A DNA stretch of 64,000 bases from Candidatus Eiseniibacteriota bacterium (lineage in GTDB: Bacteria > Eisenbacteria > RBG-16-71-46 > CAZAMP01). Position 1 is the first letter of the stretch. Each line of letters begins with the position of its first letter. The notes beneath the pieces were generated by a model, which did no database searches, was not told the DNA's origin, and saw nothing but the letters and a program-made list of their open reading frames with translations. The DNA is taken from assembly GCA_965224245.1 (NCBI GenBank), contig OZ245046.1:5152001-5216000 (forward strand), in the 5' to 3' direction. Below, one piece after another: positions 29,271 through 39,100 of the stretch. The position numbers and the translations under genes were made by a program.

Positions 29271-31046
29271 GTGTCGCGACCGGCCTGGCTCGCCCTGCTC
29301 GCCCTTCTCGTCCTCGTCGGCTGGACGTATGCACGCGTGGGGACCCTGGGGTTCGTCTACGACGATCATCGGCTCGTCGAGCTGAACCCCCTCCTCGCCG
29401 AGGGCGCGGACCCGTGGCGGTTCCTGACCACCGGTCTCTCGGGCACCGACGAGTGGAAGCTGTATCGGCCGGTCACCGGGATCTCGTGGTGGATTGATCG
29501 CGCGCTGTTCGGAACCGGCCCGGCTCCGCTCCACGTGATCAACGTGCTCTGGCATCTGGTGGCGGTGCTCGCGCTCGTGTGGTGCGTGAGCGAGCTCGTG
29601 CGCGCCGACCGCGCGACGGACCCGGCAGACGGCCGGGACGTCCGCGACGCGCGGGCTCGATCCCGTCCGGTGCCGCCGGTCGCGCTCGCCGCCGGCGCGC
29701 TGTTCGCGGTGCATCCGCTGAACAGCGAGCCCGTGCTCTGGATCAGTCGCCGGGCCGACCTGATGGTCGGGGGGTTCACCCTTCTGGCGCTGGCCGGGCT
29801 CGTCCGCGGGTGTCGACGGGGCGCGCCCGGGTGGCTCGGCGTGAGCGCCGGGTGCTCGGCCCTGGCCCTGGGCGCCAAGGAGATCGGGCTCGTGCTGCCG
29901 GTGCTCCTCGCGGTGGCCGTGATCGCGCTCCGGGGAGTGGACCGCTGCCGCTGCGTGTCGTGGCTCCTGCCCGCGGCCGTGGCCGGCATGGTCGGTGCCC
30001 TGGCCCTGGTCCGGCTGCGTCTCTTCGGGACGGTGGCCGGGCAGCCGGTGGCGTTCGTCCAGAATCCGCTCAGTGAGCTGGATCTCGGCGAGCGGCTCCT
30101 CGCGGCCGTCGGGCTGGTCGCGCACTACGCCCGTCTCGTCGTGTGGCCGCGACCGATGTCCGCCGACTACTCGTGGCGATCGCTGGAGCTCGGCCCCGTC
30201 TGGAGCGGCCTGGGGATCGGGCTCGTCCTCGCGGCCGTGCTCGCCTTCGTGTGGGGATGGCGACGCTCACGGGCGGTCGCGATCGGCGTCGCGCTTCTCG
30301 TGATCACGTACCTGCCGATCTCCAACGCCGTCGTGCCGATCGGAGCGGCGTTCGCGGAGCGGTTCGCCTACCTCCCGCTCGCGGGGCTGCTGGCGGCGAT
30401 GGCGGCACGGGTCGCCCACGCGGCATCGCGCGTCACACTGGTGCAACGAGCGCCGGACACGGAATCCGGCATCCCCGGAATGCGTGATGCGCGCGCCGGC
30501 GATCGCCTCCGCGGCGCCGTGCGGGGGGGGGTCCTCGTCGTGGCCCTGGCCTCGTGCGCGGTAACGACGCACCGGCGGGTGGACGACTGGCGGACCGACG
30601 GCACGCTCTTCGCAGCGGCGCTCGAGGCCTATCCGCGGAACATCGTCGCGCGAACGTACGTGGCCATCGACGCGCGGAGCGAGGGGCGGCTGGGGGAGGC
30701 CATCGCTCACTACGACCGGATCCTCGAGCTGTACCCCGACTACAGCCTGGCCCGCGTGAACCGGGCGCTCATCGAGCTCGAGCGCGGCAACGCCGCGCGG
30801 GCGGCCAGCGAGATGCGATGGGTGACCGAGCGCGAGCCGGGCCCGGGCGCCGCGCATTACGTGTACGGGCTGGCCGAGGAGCAGCTGGGCCACCTCGACG
30901 CGGCCGAGCGCGAGCTCTGGCTGGCCGCACGCGACCGGCGCACGCGGGGCGATGCGCTCGGCGCCCTGGCCCGTCTGTACCGCCGGCTCGGGGACGAGGC
31001 CGGTCTCCGGCGGGTCCAGCAGGCCCTGAAATCTGGACAGGACTGA
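29271..31046 (+). CDS. TMTC-like GT-C membrane protein with C-terminal TPRs
   Basis: FVYDD, YRPV, LFAVHP..SEPV.WISRR, AKE, AERFAYLP, W.T..TLF, then TPR helices. Confidence 0.85.
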   Translation: MSRPAWLALLALLVLVGWTYARVGTLGFVYDDHRLVELNPLLAEGADPWRFLTTGLSGTDEWKLYRPVTGISWWIDRALFGTGPAPLHVINVLWHLVAVLALVWCVSELVRADRATDPADGRDVRDARARSRPVPPVALAAGALFAVHPLNSEPVLWISRRADLMVGGFTLLALAGLVRGCRRGAPGWLGVSAGCSALALGAKEIGLVLPVLLAVAVIALRGVDRCRCVSWLLPAAVAGMVGALALVRLRLFGTVAGQPVAFVQNPLSELDLGERLLAAVGLVAHYARLVVWPRPMSADYSWRSLELGPVWSGLGIGLVLAAVLAFVWGWRRSRAVAIGVALLVITYLPISNAVVPIGAAFAERFAYLPLAGLLAAMAARVAHAASRVTLVQRAPDTESGIPGMRDARAGDRLRGAVRGGVLVVALASCAVTTHRRVDDWRTDGTLFAAALEAYPRNIVARTYVAIDARSEGRLGEAIAHYDRILELYPDYSLARVNRALIELERGNAARAASEMRWVTEREPGPGAAHYVYGLAEEQLGHLDAAERELWLAARDRRTRGDALGALARLYRRLGDEAGLRRVQQALKSGQD

Positions 31047-31171
31047 TCAGTCTCACCACCGGGCCGCACCGCGTGGCGATTCGAACGACGTTCTCGCTTG
31101 CGCCGCGCCCGGAACCTGACATTCTGTCTCGTGCACGACGTCCGCCGGCCGCGTCGTCGGCGGGTCGGGGC

Positions 31172-31252
31172 ATGAAAGAGGCCCGGGGTGGAAGTGAGTG
31201 CGGATCCGGGTGCCCAAACCGAGACCTTCACTCGTGGCATCCACCCCGGGCC
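31172..31252 (-). terminator. Terminator-like hairpin downstream of the ompA-family gene
   Basis: Perfect 13-bp stem GGCCCGGGGTGGA (31180-31192) / TCCACCCCGGGCC (31240-31252) with an inner GAGTG/CACTC pair. The minus strand continues TCTTTCAT. Confidence 0.5.
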
Positions 31253-31370
31253 AGGGTCCCCGGTAGCGGCACCAGGTTCCCGTCCGTGGTCCCGACGGCG
31301 CGGGCCGTGCCGGCCCACCACCTATCGGCGACGCTCCGTTCGATCGCTCCGCGCGTGGCGCGCGAGCACG

Positions 31371-32843
31371 CTAGCGCTTCAAGAGCTCACGCTTCTCGAC
31401 CTCTCTCTTCAGCACGTCGCGGTTCAGCACGGTGAACTCCACGCGGCGGTTCTGCGCGCGTCCAGCCGGTGTCTCGTTCGACGCGATGGGCTGGCTCTCG
31501 CCGTAGCCGCGTACGGTGAACTGACCCGCGCGGATGTTCGGGTAGCGGCGAATGAGGTAGTCCAGGACCGCCTGTGCACGGCGCTCCGACAATCCCTGAT
31601 TCAGCTCGACCGAGCCCCGACTGTCGGTGTGTCCGCCGATCTCGATCCGGAGCTCCGGCCACTGCACGAGCGTGCGGCCGATGTCGTCGAGGATCGCGCC
31701 CGACGACTCCTCGAGATCCGCCTTGCCGCTCGCGAAACGGATGTCCGACGACCGGATGACACCGGTGTCGAGGAAGACGGTCTCGGTGGCCGTGATCTCG
31801 ATCGGGCATCCGCGCTCGTCCACCTCGAGGTCGACCGGTGTGTTCGCACACAGATCGATGCCGTCGTAGACGCCGTCGCCGTCCGCATCGGACGGGCATC
31901 CGGTCGCGTCGACGGACGCGCCGCGGGGCGTGTCGGCGCAGCGGTCGATGCCGTCGACGACGCCGTCACCGTCGCCGTCGCGGGGGCAGCCCGACGCATC
32001 GACCAGCGCGCCCGCCGGCGTGTCACCGCAGCGATCGAGGCCGTCGAAGATGCCGTCGCCGTCGCTGTCGAACGGGCAGCCGTCCGCGCTCACGACCGCA
32101 CCGCGAGGCGTATCGACACAGGCATCGAGTCCGTCGGGGACGCCGTCCCGGTCGCTGTCGATCGGACAGCCGGCGGCGTCGACCACCGCGCCGAGCGGTG
32201 TGTCGGGGCACTCGTCCTTGTGGTCCTTGACGCCGTCGCCGTCGGTATCGGTGCCCGAGGCTCCGAACGCGAACGTGAGTCCGGCGGTGAACAGGAAGTT
32301 GTGGTCGTCGGAGTCCGAGCCGGGGATCCACTGAACGGGCTGGCTGACCACGTCGCGGGCGTCGAAGCGCAGGTCGGCTCGGACGCCGCCGGTCTCGCCG
32401 AGGCGCACCTTCAGGCCGCCGCCGGCCTCCCACCCCTTCATGACGTAGCGCGTGCCGCCGACGACGTCGTTCTCGAACGCGCTGTCGTGGGTGAGCTGGG
32501 CCCATCCCCCGATGATGTATGGGTTGATGGTGGAGTGCGGGCGGAGGCTCACCATCAGATCGACGCCGACGTGCTCCATGTCGGTCTTCCAAGCATCTCC
32601 GTAGTTCGTCTCGGTCTCCTCGAGTCCGTAGGTGGCCTCGATGCCGACGACGTGCAAGAAGTTGATGCCGGCCCGACCGCCGAACAGGATCTCGTCCGCC
32701 AGGTCGAAGTCGTCATCCCACATCGACGTCCCCACGTAAGGGGACAAGGTCACGTGTGGTCCTCGGATCTCGGCCCCGGCCGTCGAGACGACCAGAGAGA
32801 TCCCCAGGATCGAGCAGGCAGCCGCACGCTGGAGTGGGCGCAT
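31371..32843 (-). CDS. OmpA-family outer membrane protein with thrombospondin type-3-like repeats
   Basis: Signal peptide, beta-barrel N-terminus, five D.D.DG(V/I).D..D.C..TP.G..VD..GCP repeats, and an OmpA C-domain (GHTDSRG..N..LSERRA, NRRVE). Confidence 0.92.
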   Translation of the reverse strand: MRPLQRAAACSILGISLVVSTAGAEIRGPHVTLSPYVGTSMWDDDFDLADEILFGGRAGINFLHVVGIEATYGLEETETNYGDAWKTDMEHVGVDLMVSLRPHSTINPYIIGGWAQLTHDSAFENDVVGGTRYVMKGWEAGGGLKVRLGETGGVRADLRFDARDVVSQPVQWIPGSDSDDHNFLFTAGLTFAFGASGTDTDGDGVKDHKDECPDTPLGAVVDAAGCPIDSDRDGVPDGLDACVDTPRGAVVSADGCPFDSDGDGIFDGLDRCGDTPAGALVDASGCPRDGDGDGVVDGIDRCADTPRGASVDATGCPSDADGDGVYDGIDLCANTPVDLEVDERGCPIEITATETVFLDTGVIRSSDIRFASGKADLEESSGAILDDIGRTLVQWPELRIEIGGHTDSRGSVELNQGLSERRAQAVLDYLIRRYPNIRAGQFTVRGYGESQPIASNETPAGRAQNRRVEFTVLNRDVLKREVEKRELLKR

Positions 32844-33118
32844 GGGTTCCCTCCCGGAACGTTTGGCATCTCCGTCGCGACGTGACGTCCGTGTCAACGT
32901 ATTGAACCGCAACGAGATAGTATGACATGAGTCGCCCAGCTTGGCGCCTGCATGCTAATCGACCGCCCGGGTCGGCGAAAGTCACATTCGTTTTTCTGGC
33001 CGACCACGTCAGGACCGTGTGACCCGGCGACGCTCGCCGGGTCTGTTCATCAGCGCACCCGCTGCTTTCCGGTGTGCGTCGCGCGTCTGTGATTCCGATG
33101 TGAACCGCGGTCCGTCCC

Positions 33119-33922
33119 GTGACGGACGACACCGGGCCCCGGGGGTGGGGCCCCGAGGATGGTCAACCCATGTTGGGACGGCTCACGAACGTCCTCAGCG
33201 CGTTGTTCGTGGTCGCGCTCACGGCATGCGGCGTCGCGATGGTGTACGTGGGGTACTCCTCACATGCCGTGATCGAGCAGGGGCTCGAGCGCGCGCTCGG
33301 TGTCGACGCCAGGATCGACGAGGTCGACTACCGACCGCTCTCGCGCCAGCTTCATCTACAGGCCCTGGGGGTCTCGAACCCACGCGGGTACGGCGGCGAA
33401 CATCTCCTCCGGATCGCCGAGGGGTACTGCGAGGTATCTCCCGGCGACCTGGGGCGAAACGTGGTCACGGTACCGAGGCTGACCCTGAACGGGCTGGATC
33501 TCGTCGTCGAGCAGAGCGGTGTCACCACCAACGCCCAGGAGGTCCTCGCGACCGTGAGTGCGGGCACCGCGCGGCTCGATGACCCACGCCTGCGGCTGCT
33601 CATCGGCTCGTTCGTCGCGAACGACGTGGTCGCGCGCGTGTCGCTCGACGGGCCGGCGGCGCCCCTGATCGTCAGTGACGCGTCGCGGTGGGCGCCCGGC
33701 GAAGGTCGGCGGCCGGAACCGTCTCCCGACGGACTCGAGGCCACGGTGAGGCTCGGGCGCATCCAGCTGGCCAACCTCGGTGGTGCCGAGGGAATCGGGA
33801 TCGGCGAGCTGTGCGCGCTCCTCCTCGAGACGCTGCTCGAGCGTCTCGAGTCGAGGGGCATTCCGCTGCCGCGGCCGGACGTCGTCGCCGGCGTCGCCGG
33901 CCCCGAGGGGGTACCCGGCTAG
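33119..33922 (+). CDS. AsmA-like membrane-anchored hypothetical protein
   Basis: N-terminal TM segment. 'LGVDARI...L.L..L.VSNP.GY' pattern resembles AsmA/DUF748-like proteins. Confidence 0.55.
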   Translation: MTDDTGPRGWGPEDGQPMLGRLTNVLSALFVVALTACGVAMVYVGYSSHAVIEQGLERALGVDARIDEVDYRPLSRQLHLQALGVSNPRGYGGEHLLRIAEGYCEVSPGDLGRNVVTVPRLTLNGLDLVVEQSGVTTNAQEVLATVSAGTARLDDPRLRLLIGSFVANDVVARVSLDGPAAPLIVSDASRWAPGEGRRPEPSPDGLEATVRLGRIQLANLGGAEGIGIGELCALLLETLLERLESRGIPLPRPDVVAGVAGPEGVPG

Positions 33923-33966
33923 CGCCGGACCACCGGGATCCGACGGCGTGAGCGTCTCGACGATCT

Positions 33967-35361
33967 CTACACGTCGAACGACTGGCCGCGCCGGGCCACC
34001 GTGACCCGGGAGAAGCCCTGGTCGCGCATCGCCTCGGCGAGCGGCTCGGACTGGTCGGCCTCGCCGTGCACGAGGAACGCGTGCCGGCAGCTCGTCGCCG
34101 ACGGGGCGGCGAACTCCAGAAGGCCCTGCCGGTCGGCGTGGCCGGACAGGCCGTTGATCGCGACCACCGATGCCCGGAGCCGGTGCGGCCGCCCGAAGAT
34201 CTTGACCTCGGGCGTTCGCTCCAGGATGCGCCGGCCGAGCGTGTGGGCGGCCTGGTACCCCACGAACAGGATCGTGGTCCGGGGATCCTCGATGTTGTTC
34301 CGGAGGTGGTGAAGGATGCGGCCGGCCTCGCACATGCCGTTTCCGGCCAGGATGATCATCGGCTCGTCACGGTCGTTCAGCGCCTTGCTCTCGTCGGTGA
34401 GCCGGATGTACCGGAGACCCGGAAAGAAGAACGGGCTCTTCTTCTTCACGTAGAGGTCCGATACGTCGGCGTCGAACGCCTCGGGATGGAGTCGGAACAC
34501 CTGGGTGATGTCGGCCGTCAACGGGCTGTCCACGAACATCGGGATCTCCGGAATGCGACCGGCCTCCCGGAGCTCGCGAATGGTGAAGATCACCTCCTGG
34601 GCACGCTCGAGCGCGAACGACGGGATCAGGATCTTGCCGCCGCGCTCGACGGTGCGATTGATGGCGTCGGCGAAGACGCTCGCCGTGGATGCGTACGGCT
34701 CGTGGGTGCGGTTGCCGTAGGTCGACTCCATGATGAGCACGTCGGCATCCCAGGCCGGGACCGGATCATCCAGAAGCGGCGTCACCGAGCGGCCGACGTC
34801 ACCGGAGAACACGAGGCGGGTCGGCGTGCCGCCCCCCTCCTGCACCGTCATCACGATGCTCGAGGAGCCGAGGACGTGCGCGGCGTCCCGGAACGTGATC
34901 TCGACGCCGTCGGCGATCCGGAGCGGGATCTCGTAGCCGACGGTCACGAAGCGGCCGACCGTCTTCATGGCGTCCCGCGGCGTGTAGAGCGGCTCGATCC
35001 GGCTCGCCTTCCACTTCCTGGCGTGACGGTTGAACCACTTCGCGTCGTTCACCTGGATGTGTGCGCTGTCGGCGAGCATCACCGCCGACAGGTCACGCGT
35101 GGCGTCGGTGGCGTAGATCAGACCCTCGAAGCCCCGGGCGACGAGGCCCGGCAGGTTTCCGGTGTGGTCGATGTGCGCGTGGGAGAGCACCACGCCGTCG
35201 ATCGAGGCGGGATCGAAGCCGAAGTCACGATTGCGCTGGTTCGCCTCGGCCCGGCGGCCCTGGTACAGGCCGCAGTCGAGCAGGATGCGCGTGCCGTTCG
35301 CCTCGACCAGATGCATCGACCCGGTGACGCATCCCGCCGCTCCGAAGAAGTGAACCTTCAT
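33967..35361 (-). CDS. MBL-fold / beta-CASP ribonuclease
   Basis: GAAGCVTGS, DCGLYQG, SHAHIDHTG (HxHxDH), MESTYGNR, GYQA..TLGR, LSGHAD, LVHGE. Confidence 0.93.
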   Translation of the reverse strand: MKVHFFGAAGCVTGSMHLVEANGTRILLDCGLYQGRRAEANQRNRDFGFDPASIDGVVLSHAHIDHTGNLPGLVARGFEGLIYATDATRDLSAVMLADSAHIQVNDAKWFNRHARKWKASRIEPLYTPRDAMKTVGRFVTVGYEIPLRIADGVEITFRDAAHVLGSSSIVMTVQEGGGTPTRLVFSGDVGRSVTPLLDDPVPAWDADVLIMESTYGNRTHEPYASTASVFADAINRTVERGGKILIPSFALERAQEVIFTIRELREAGRIPEIPMFVDSPLTADITQVFRLHPEAFDADVSDLYVKKKSPFFFPGLRYIRLTDESKALNDRDEPMIILAGNGMCEAGRILHHLRNNIEDPRTTILFVGYQAAHTLGRRILERTPEVKIFGRPHRLRASVVAINGLSGHADRQGLLEFAAPSATSCRHAFLVHGEADQSEPLAEAMRDQGFSRVTVARRGQSFDV

Positions 35362-35487
35362 GGCGTCCCCGAACGAGTGCGCGTGCGGGCCGCACCGGGA
35401 GAGGGTCTGACCGGTGCGCGGACTGCCGGCGAGGCCGCCGCCGGCCGTGCTCCCGAGCGAACACGGCCGAGCGGTGCCTGGACGCGG

Positions 35488-35991
35488 CTACATCGAGAGT
35501 GGATAGTCGATCGAGTCGCCCATGAGCGCGGGGACCTTCGCCCCCATGATGCGCAGGTAGGTCGTGAGCTGGCCGCGATGGTGGATGAGGTGATCGTGGC
35601 TCCACTCGAGAAACGTGACGGCCGGGAACTCGCCGTAGTTGAAGAACGCGATGGGCTTGGCGAGCTGCTCGCCGGAAAGGCTCTTGGACAGGCCCAGCAT
35701 CTGCTCGTGCATCCCGTTGCAGGCGTCGAGAAGCGCCGCCTTGGTCGTGGGGACATCGACCGTCGGGGTCTCGCCGAACTCGGCCTTGCCCGCCTTCATG
35801 ATCCCGCCGAACCAGAGGTTCGTCCCGTAGATGTGGTGGGCCAGCTCGGCGAACGGGCGGAGCCCGTCGTGGGGCGTGTAGGTGAGCTTCTCGTCCGGCA
35901 CGTGCTCGATCACCGCGCACATGCCCTTGTGGTCGGCGTTGAGCGTGTCGAGGAGCTTGTCGCGCAGCGCGGCGGCTTCTTGCGGGGTCAT
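35488..35991 (-). CDS. DinB family protein
   Basis: YTP...R.F.ELAHHI and HLIHHRGQLTTYLRIMG. Confidence 0.9.
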   Translation of the reverse strand: MTPQEAAALRDKLLDTLNADHKGMCAVIEHVPDEKLTYTPHDGLRPFAELAHHIYGTNLWFGGIMKAGKAEFGETPTVDVPTTKAALLDACNGMHEQMLGLSKSLSGEQLAKPIAFFNYGEFPAVTFLEWSHDHLIHHRGQLTTYLRIMGAKVPALMGDSIDYPLSM

Positions 35992-36145
35992 GGCTTCGTC
36001 TCCAGGTTGAGAATGCGTGGTCCATCCGGCCCGTCGGCGGGGGATTCTACGAGCTTTGACCGGTCGCGTCGAGCACGAGGATTCGAGGGACCGGGGGAGT
36101 GGTCGCACCCGGAACGCGACCACTCGGAGGGTCGGCGTCCCTGCT

Positions 36146-39100
36146 TCACTTCAGCAGCAGCATCGATCGCGTCAGCCGCTCGTGCTCGGTATGCAGCTCG
36201 TAGTAGTACATGCCGCTGGCCGCCGCGTCGCCGGAACGATCCCGGCCATCCCAGACGACCATGCGTTTGCCGGCGAGGACGGTCTCGTCGACGAGTCGGA
36301 TGACCAGACGTCCCGACACGTCGAACACGGACAGTCGAACGTGCATCGTGCGAGGCACCACGAAGCCGATCCGTGTCGAGGGGTTGAACGGGTTCGGTGC
36401 GTTCGGCAACAGCTGCGGCCGCGCGGACACCGTCGGTGCCGACGTGTCGACGCCGACGATGAAATCGTCTCCGACGCGGACGTCGTCGACGTACCAGCCC
36501 TCCCCCGGGGTCAGTGTCTCGTCGGCGGCGAACACGAACCGACAGTGCAGCGTGTCGTCGAGGAACGCCGCCAGGGCGAACCGCACCGGCTCGAAGTCGT
36601 GCGAGCCGCTGAACAGACCGGTGCCGGCGCCGAGCGGCCCCGTGTAGTCGGCGGGCGTCGAGTACGGGTACCCACCCACTGGGTTCAGGATCGACCAGGA
36701 CTGCCCGTCGTCGGTGCTCACCTCGACCCGACCCCCGTGCGTGGCCTCGGAATCGAGACCGTTCGCGGCATCGATGAAGTGCTGGAACACCAGGTACTGA
36801 TCGGGCTGCACCACGACCGGCGGCATGCGCAGGATGGAGTAGTTCAGCGGGGAGTACGGCCCGGTGCCGAAGCCGCCGCACTTGAACGACGAGTCGCCCT
36901 CGGCGGTCGCGTTCCGGGCGCCGGACATGTGCCACTCGTCGAGACGGTCCACGTCGCCGGCCTCGTGCGTCCAAGCGCCCTGGCCGAACTCGAAATCATC
37001 GTCGAACCCCGCCAGAAGCTCGAGATCGATCGTCAGCGTGCTGTCCGACAGCACGCCCACGCCGCGGACGTGACGCGGACCGAACCCGGCTCCCGCCACG
37101 CGAACGTCGTAGGTGGCCACCGGTACCGATCCCAGGAGATAGGCGCCCTCGGTGTTCGTCGTGTCCTCCACCGCGATCGAGGTCAGGCGGACGTCGATCC
37201 CCGACGTCGGCGACCCGAAGGTCGTGATCGTGCCCGCGACGGCGCCGAGCGGCAGCGCCCGGAGACCGACCGGCTGGTAGAGCATCTCGTCGGTCGCGAT
37301 GACGACGTCGAGTGTATCGGGGATGTCGCCGGCGACGTCGTAGGCGATCTGATGGACGGTTCCCGCCGAGATGAAGAGCTCGTACGACCCATCGGCATCG
37401 CTCATGACCTCCAGCCCGCTGTTCAGGTCGATCACGCGTCCGACGAGCGGACCGGCGTCGGCCGCGTCGACGACCTCCACGCGCAGGTTCCGGAATCCGA
37501 TCTGCCCCCCGACGCCGCCCGTGGATCGGGCCTGCGCGATCAGGTACGCCTCGGTCAGGTCCTCGGCCGGGAACGAGCCACCGAGCGCGGTGCCGTTGTC
37601 GGTGCCGTACGCGATGGCGGCTCCGTAGGGGCCGCCGTTGACCGACAGCGAGACCATGCCGCCCGTGGTATCGCTGGGTACGAGCCGGAGATCGAAGCTG
37701 AACGTCGGAGGCGCGAGCAGCGCCGGACCGAGCGCCCCGGCGATCGCCGCGTCGAAGTCGCCGGCGGCGGCCACGTGCCCCGTGTCGCTGAGCGCGTACC
37801 GGACGAACACCGCCTGGTCGAACAGGTCCGACGGGTCGCCGGTGATGATGAGCGCCGAGTCGCGCTGGGCGGCCGAGACGAGCCCGAACTCGACGACGGT
37901 GGAGTCGACGTCGGACACGTCGAAGAGATCGACCGTCCCGCTCACGTACACGGTGTCGGCGGCCTGGGCGTCGACGGGCACGCTCGCCAGGCGATGGTCG
38001 TGGACCGTGCCGTCCGGATCCACGACGAGCGTGTCGTTCAGGAGCGTGACCACGCCCGTGACCGAACGTAGCCGACCGGCGAGAGTGGCCTGCGGGAGCT
38101 TGATCAGACCCATCGGCTGATAAAGCGTGTCGCGATGGGCCAGGTCGACGTTCGCGAACTCGGTGGGGAAGCCATCTCGCTCGTACGAGATCGTGAGCTC
38201 GAGAAGACCCGGCACCTCGAGCGAGTAGTAGCCGTCGGCGTCGGCCAGCGTGGTCGCGAGCGCGCCGAGGGTCTGGATGCGCGCCGGAAGGCCCTCACCG
38301 TACCCCGGGCGCACGGCCTCGGCCCGCACGTTGCGGAACGTCACCGACCCCCCGGCTCCGCCGACTCCGCGAAGCTGGGCGACGAGGAAGCTCGACGTCA
38401 GGTCCTCGACCGGGAACGAGCCACCGAGGGCCGTGCCGTTGTCGACGCCGTAGGTGATGGGATCACCGTACGCGCCGCCGTCGATGGCCAGCGCCGCGGT
38501 GCCTCCACCACCCGGGGCGGGGATGAGCCGGAGATCGAACGTGAACGTCGGCGAGGCCGGTTGTCCGACGCCGACCCCTCCCGGGAGCGCGGCGTCGAAG
38601 TCGCCGGGAGCCGCGACGCGTCCCGTGTCGGTGAGCGCGTACCTCACGAACACGGCCTGATCGAACATGTCCGACGGTGTGCCCGTGATCACCAGCGCCG
38701 AGTCGCGCTGAGCCTCGGTGATGAGCCCGAACTCCACGACGGTGGAATCGAGGTCGGCCACGTCGTGCAGCGTCACGTTGCCCCGCACGTACACCGTGTC
38801 CGGTGACTGGGCGTCGAACGGCACGTCGCCGATCACGTAGTCGTACGCCGACCCGCCGTCGGGATCCACGCTCAACGTGCTGTCCGGCAGCGAGACCGCG
38901 GCCGAGACGGCGCGCACGCGCCCGCTGATCACCGCGCGGGGACGCTGCTCGAGAGCGAACGTGACCGGCAGCGTCTCCTCGTAGTCGACGCTCACGTGCA
39001 GCGTGTCGGGAAAGCACTGCGGAGCCGACACGATCAGCGTGCGCGGCTCGTACGCCTGGATGGGGATGCTCAGATCCCCGTTCCCGTCGGCCAGAAACGT

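Noticed and set aside
31840-32250. Regularly spaced ~84-nt repeats that could suggest a CRISPR array
   Set aside because: They are in-frame, degenerate TSP3-like coding repeats of the OmpA protein, with no identical repeats, unique spacers or cas genes.
36086-36142. Hairpin GAGTGGTCGC/GCGACCACTC after the S8 gene as a riboswitch or ncRNA
   Set aside because: Only a simple stem-loop with no recognisable aptamer. Most likely a terminator or mRNA-stabilising structure.
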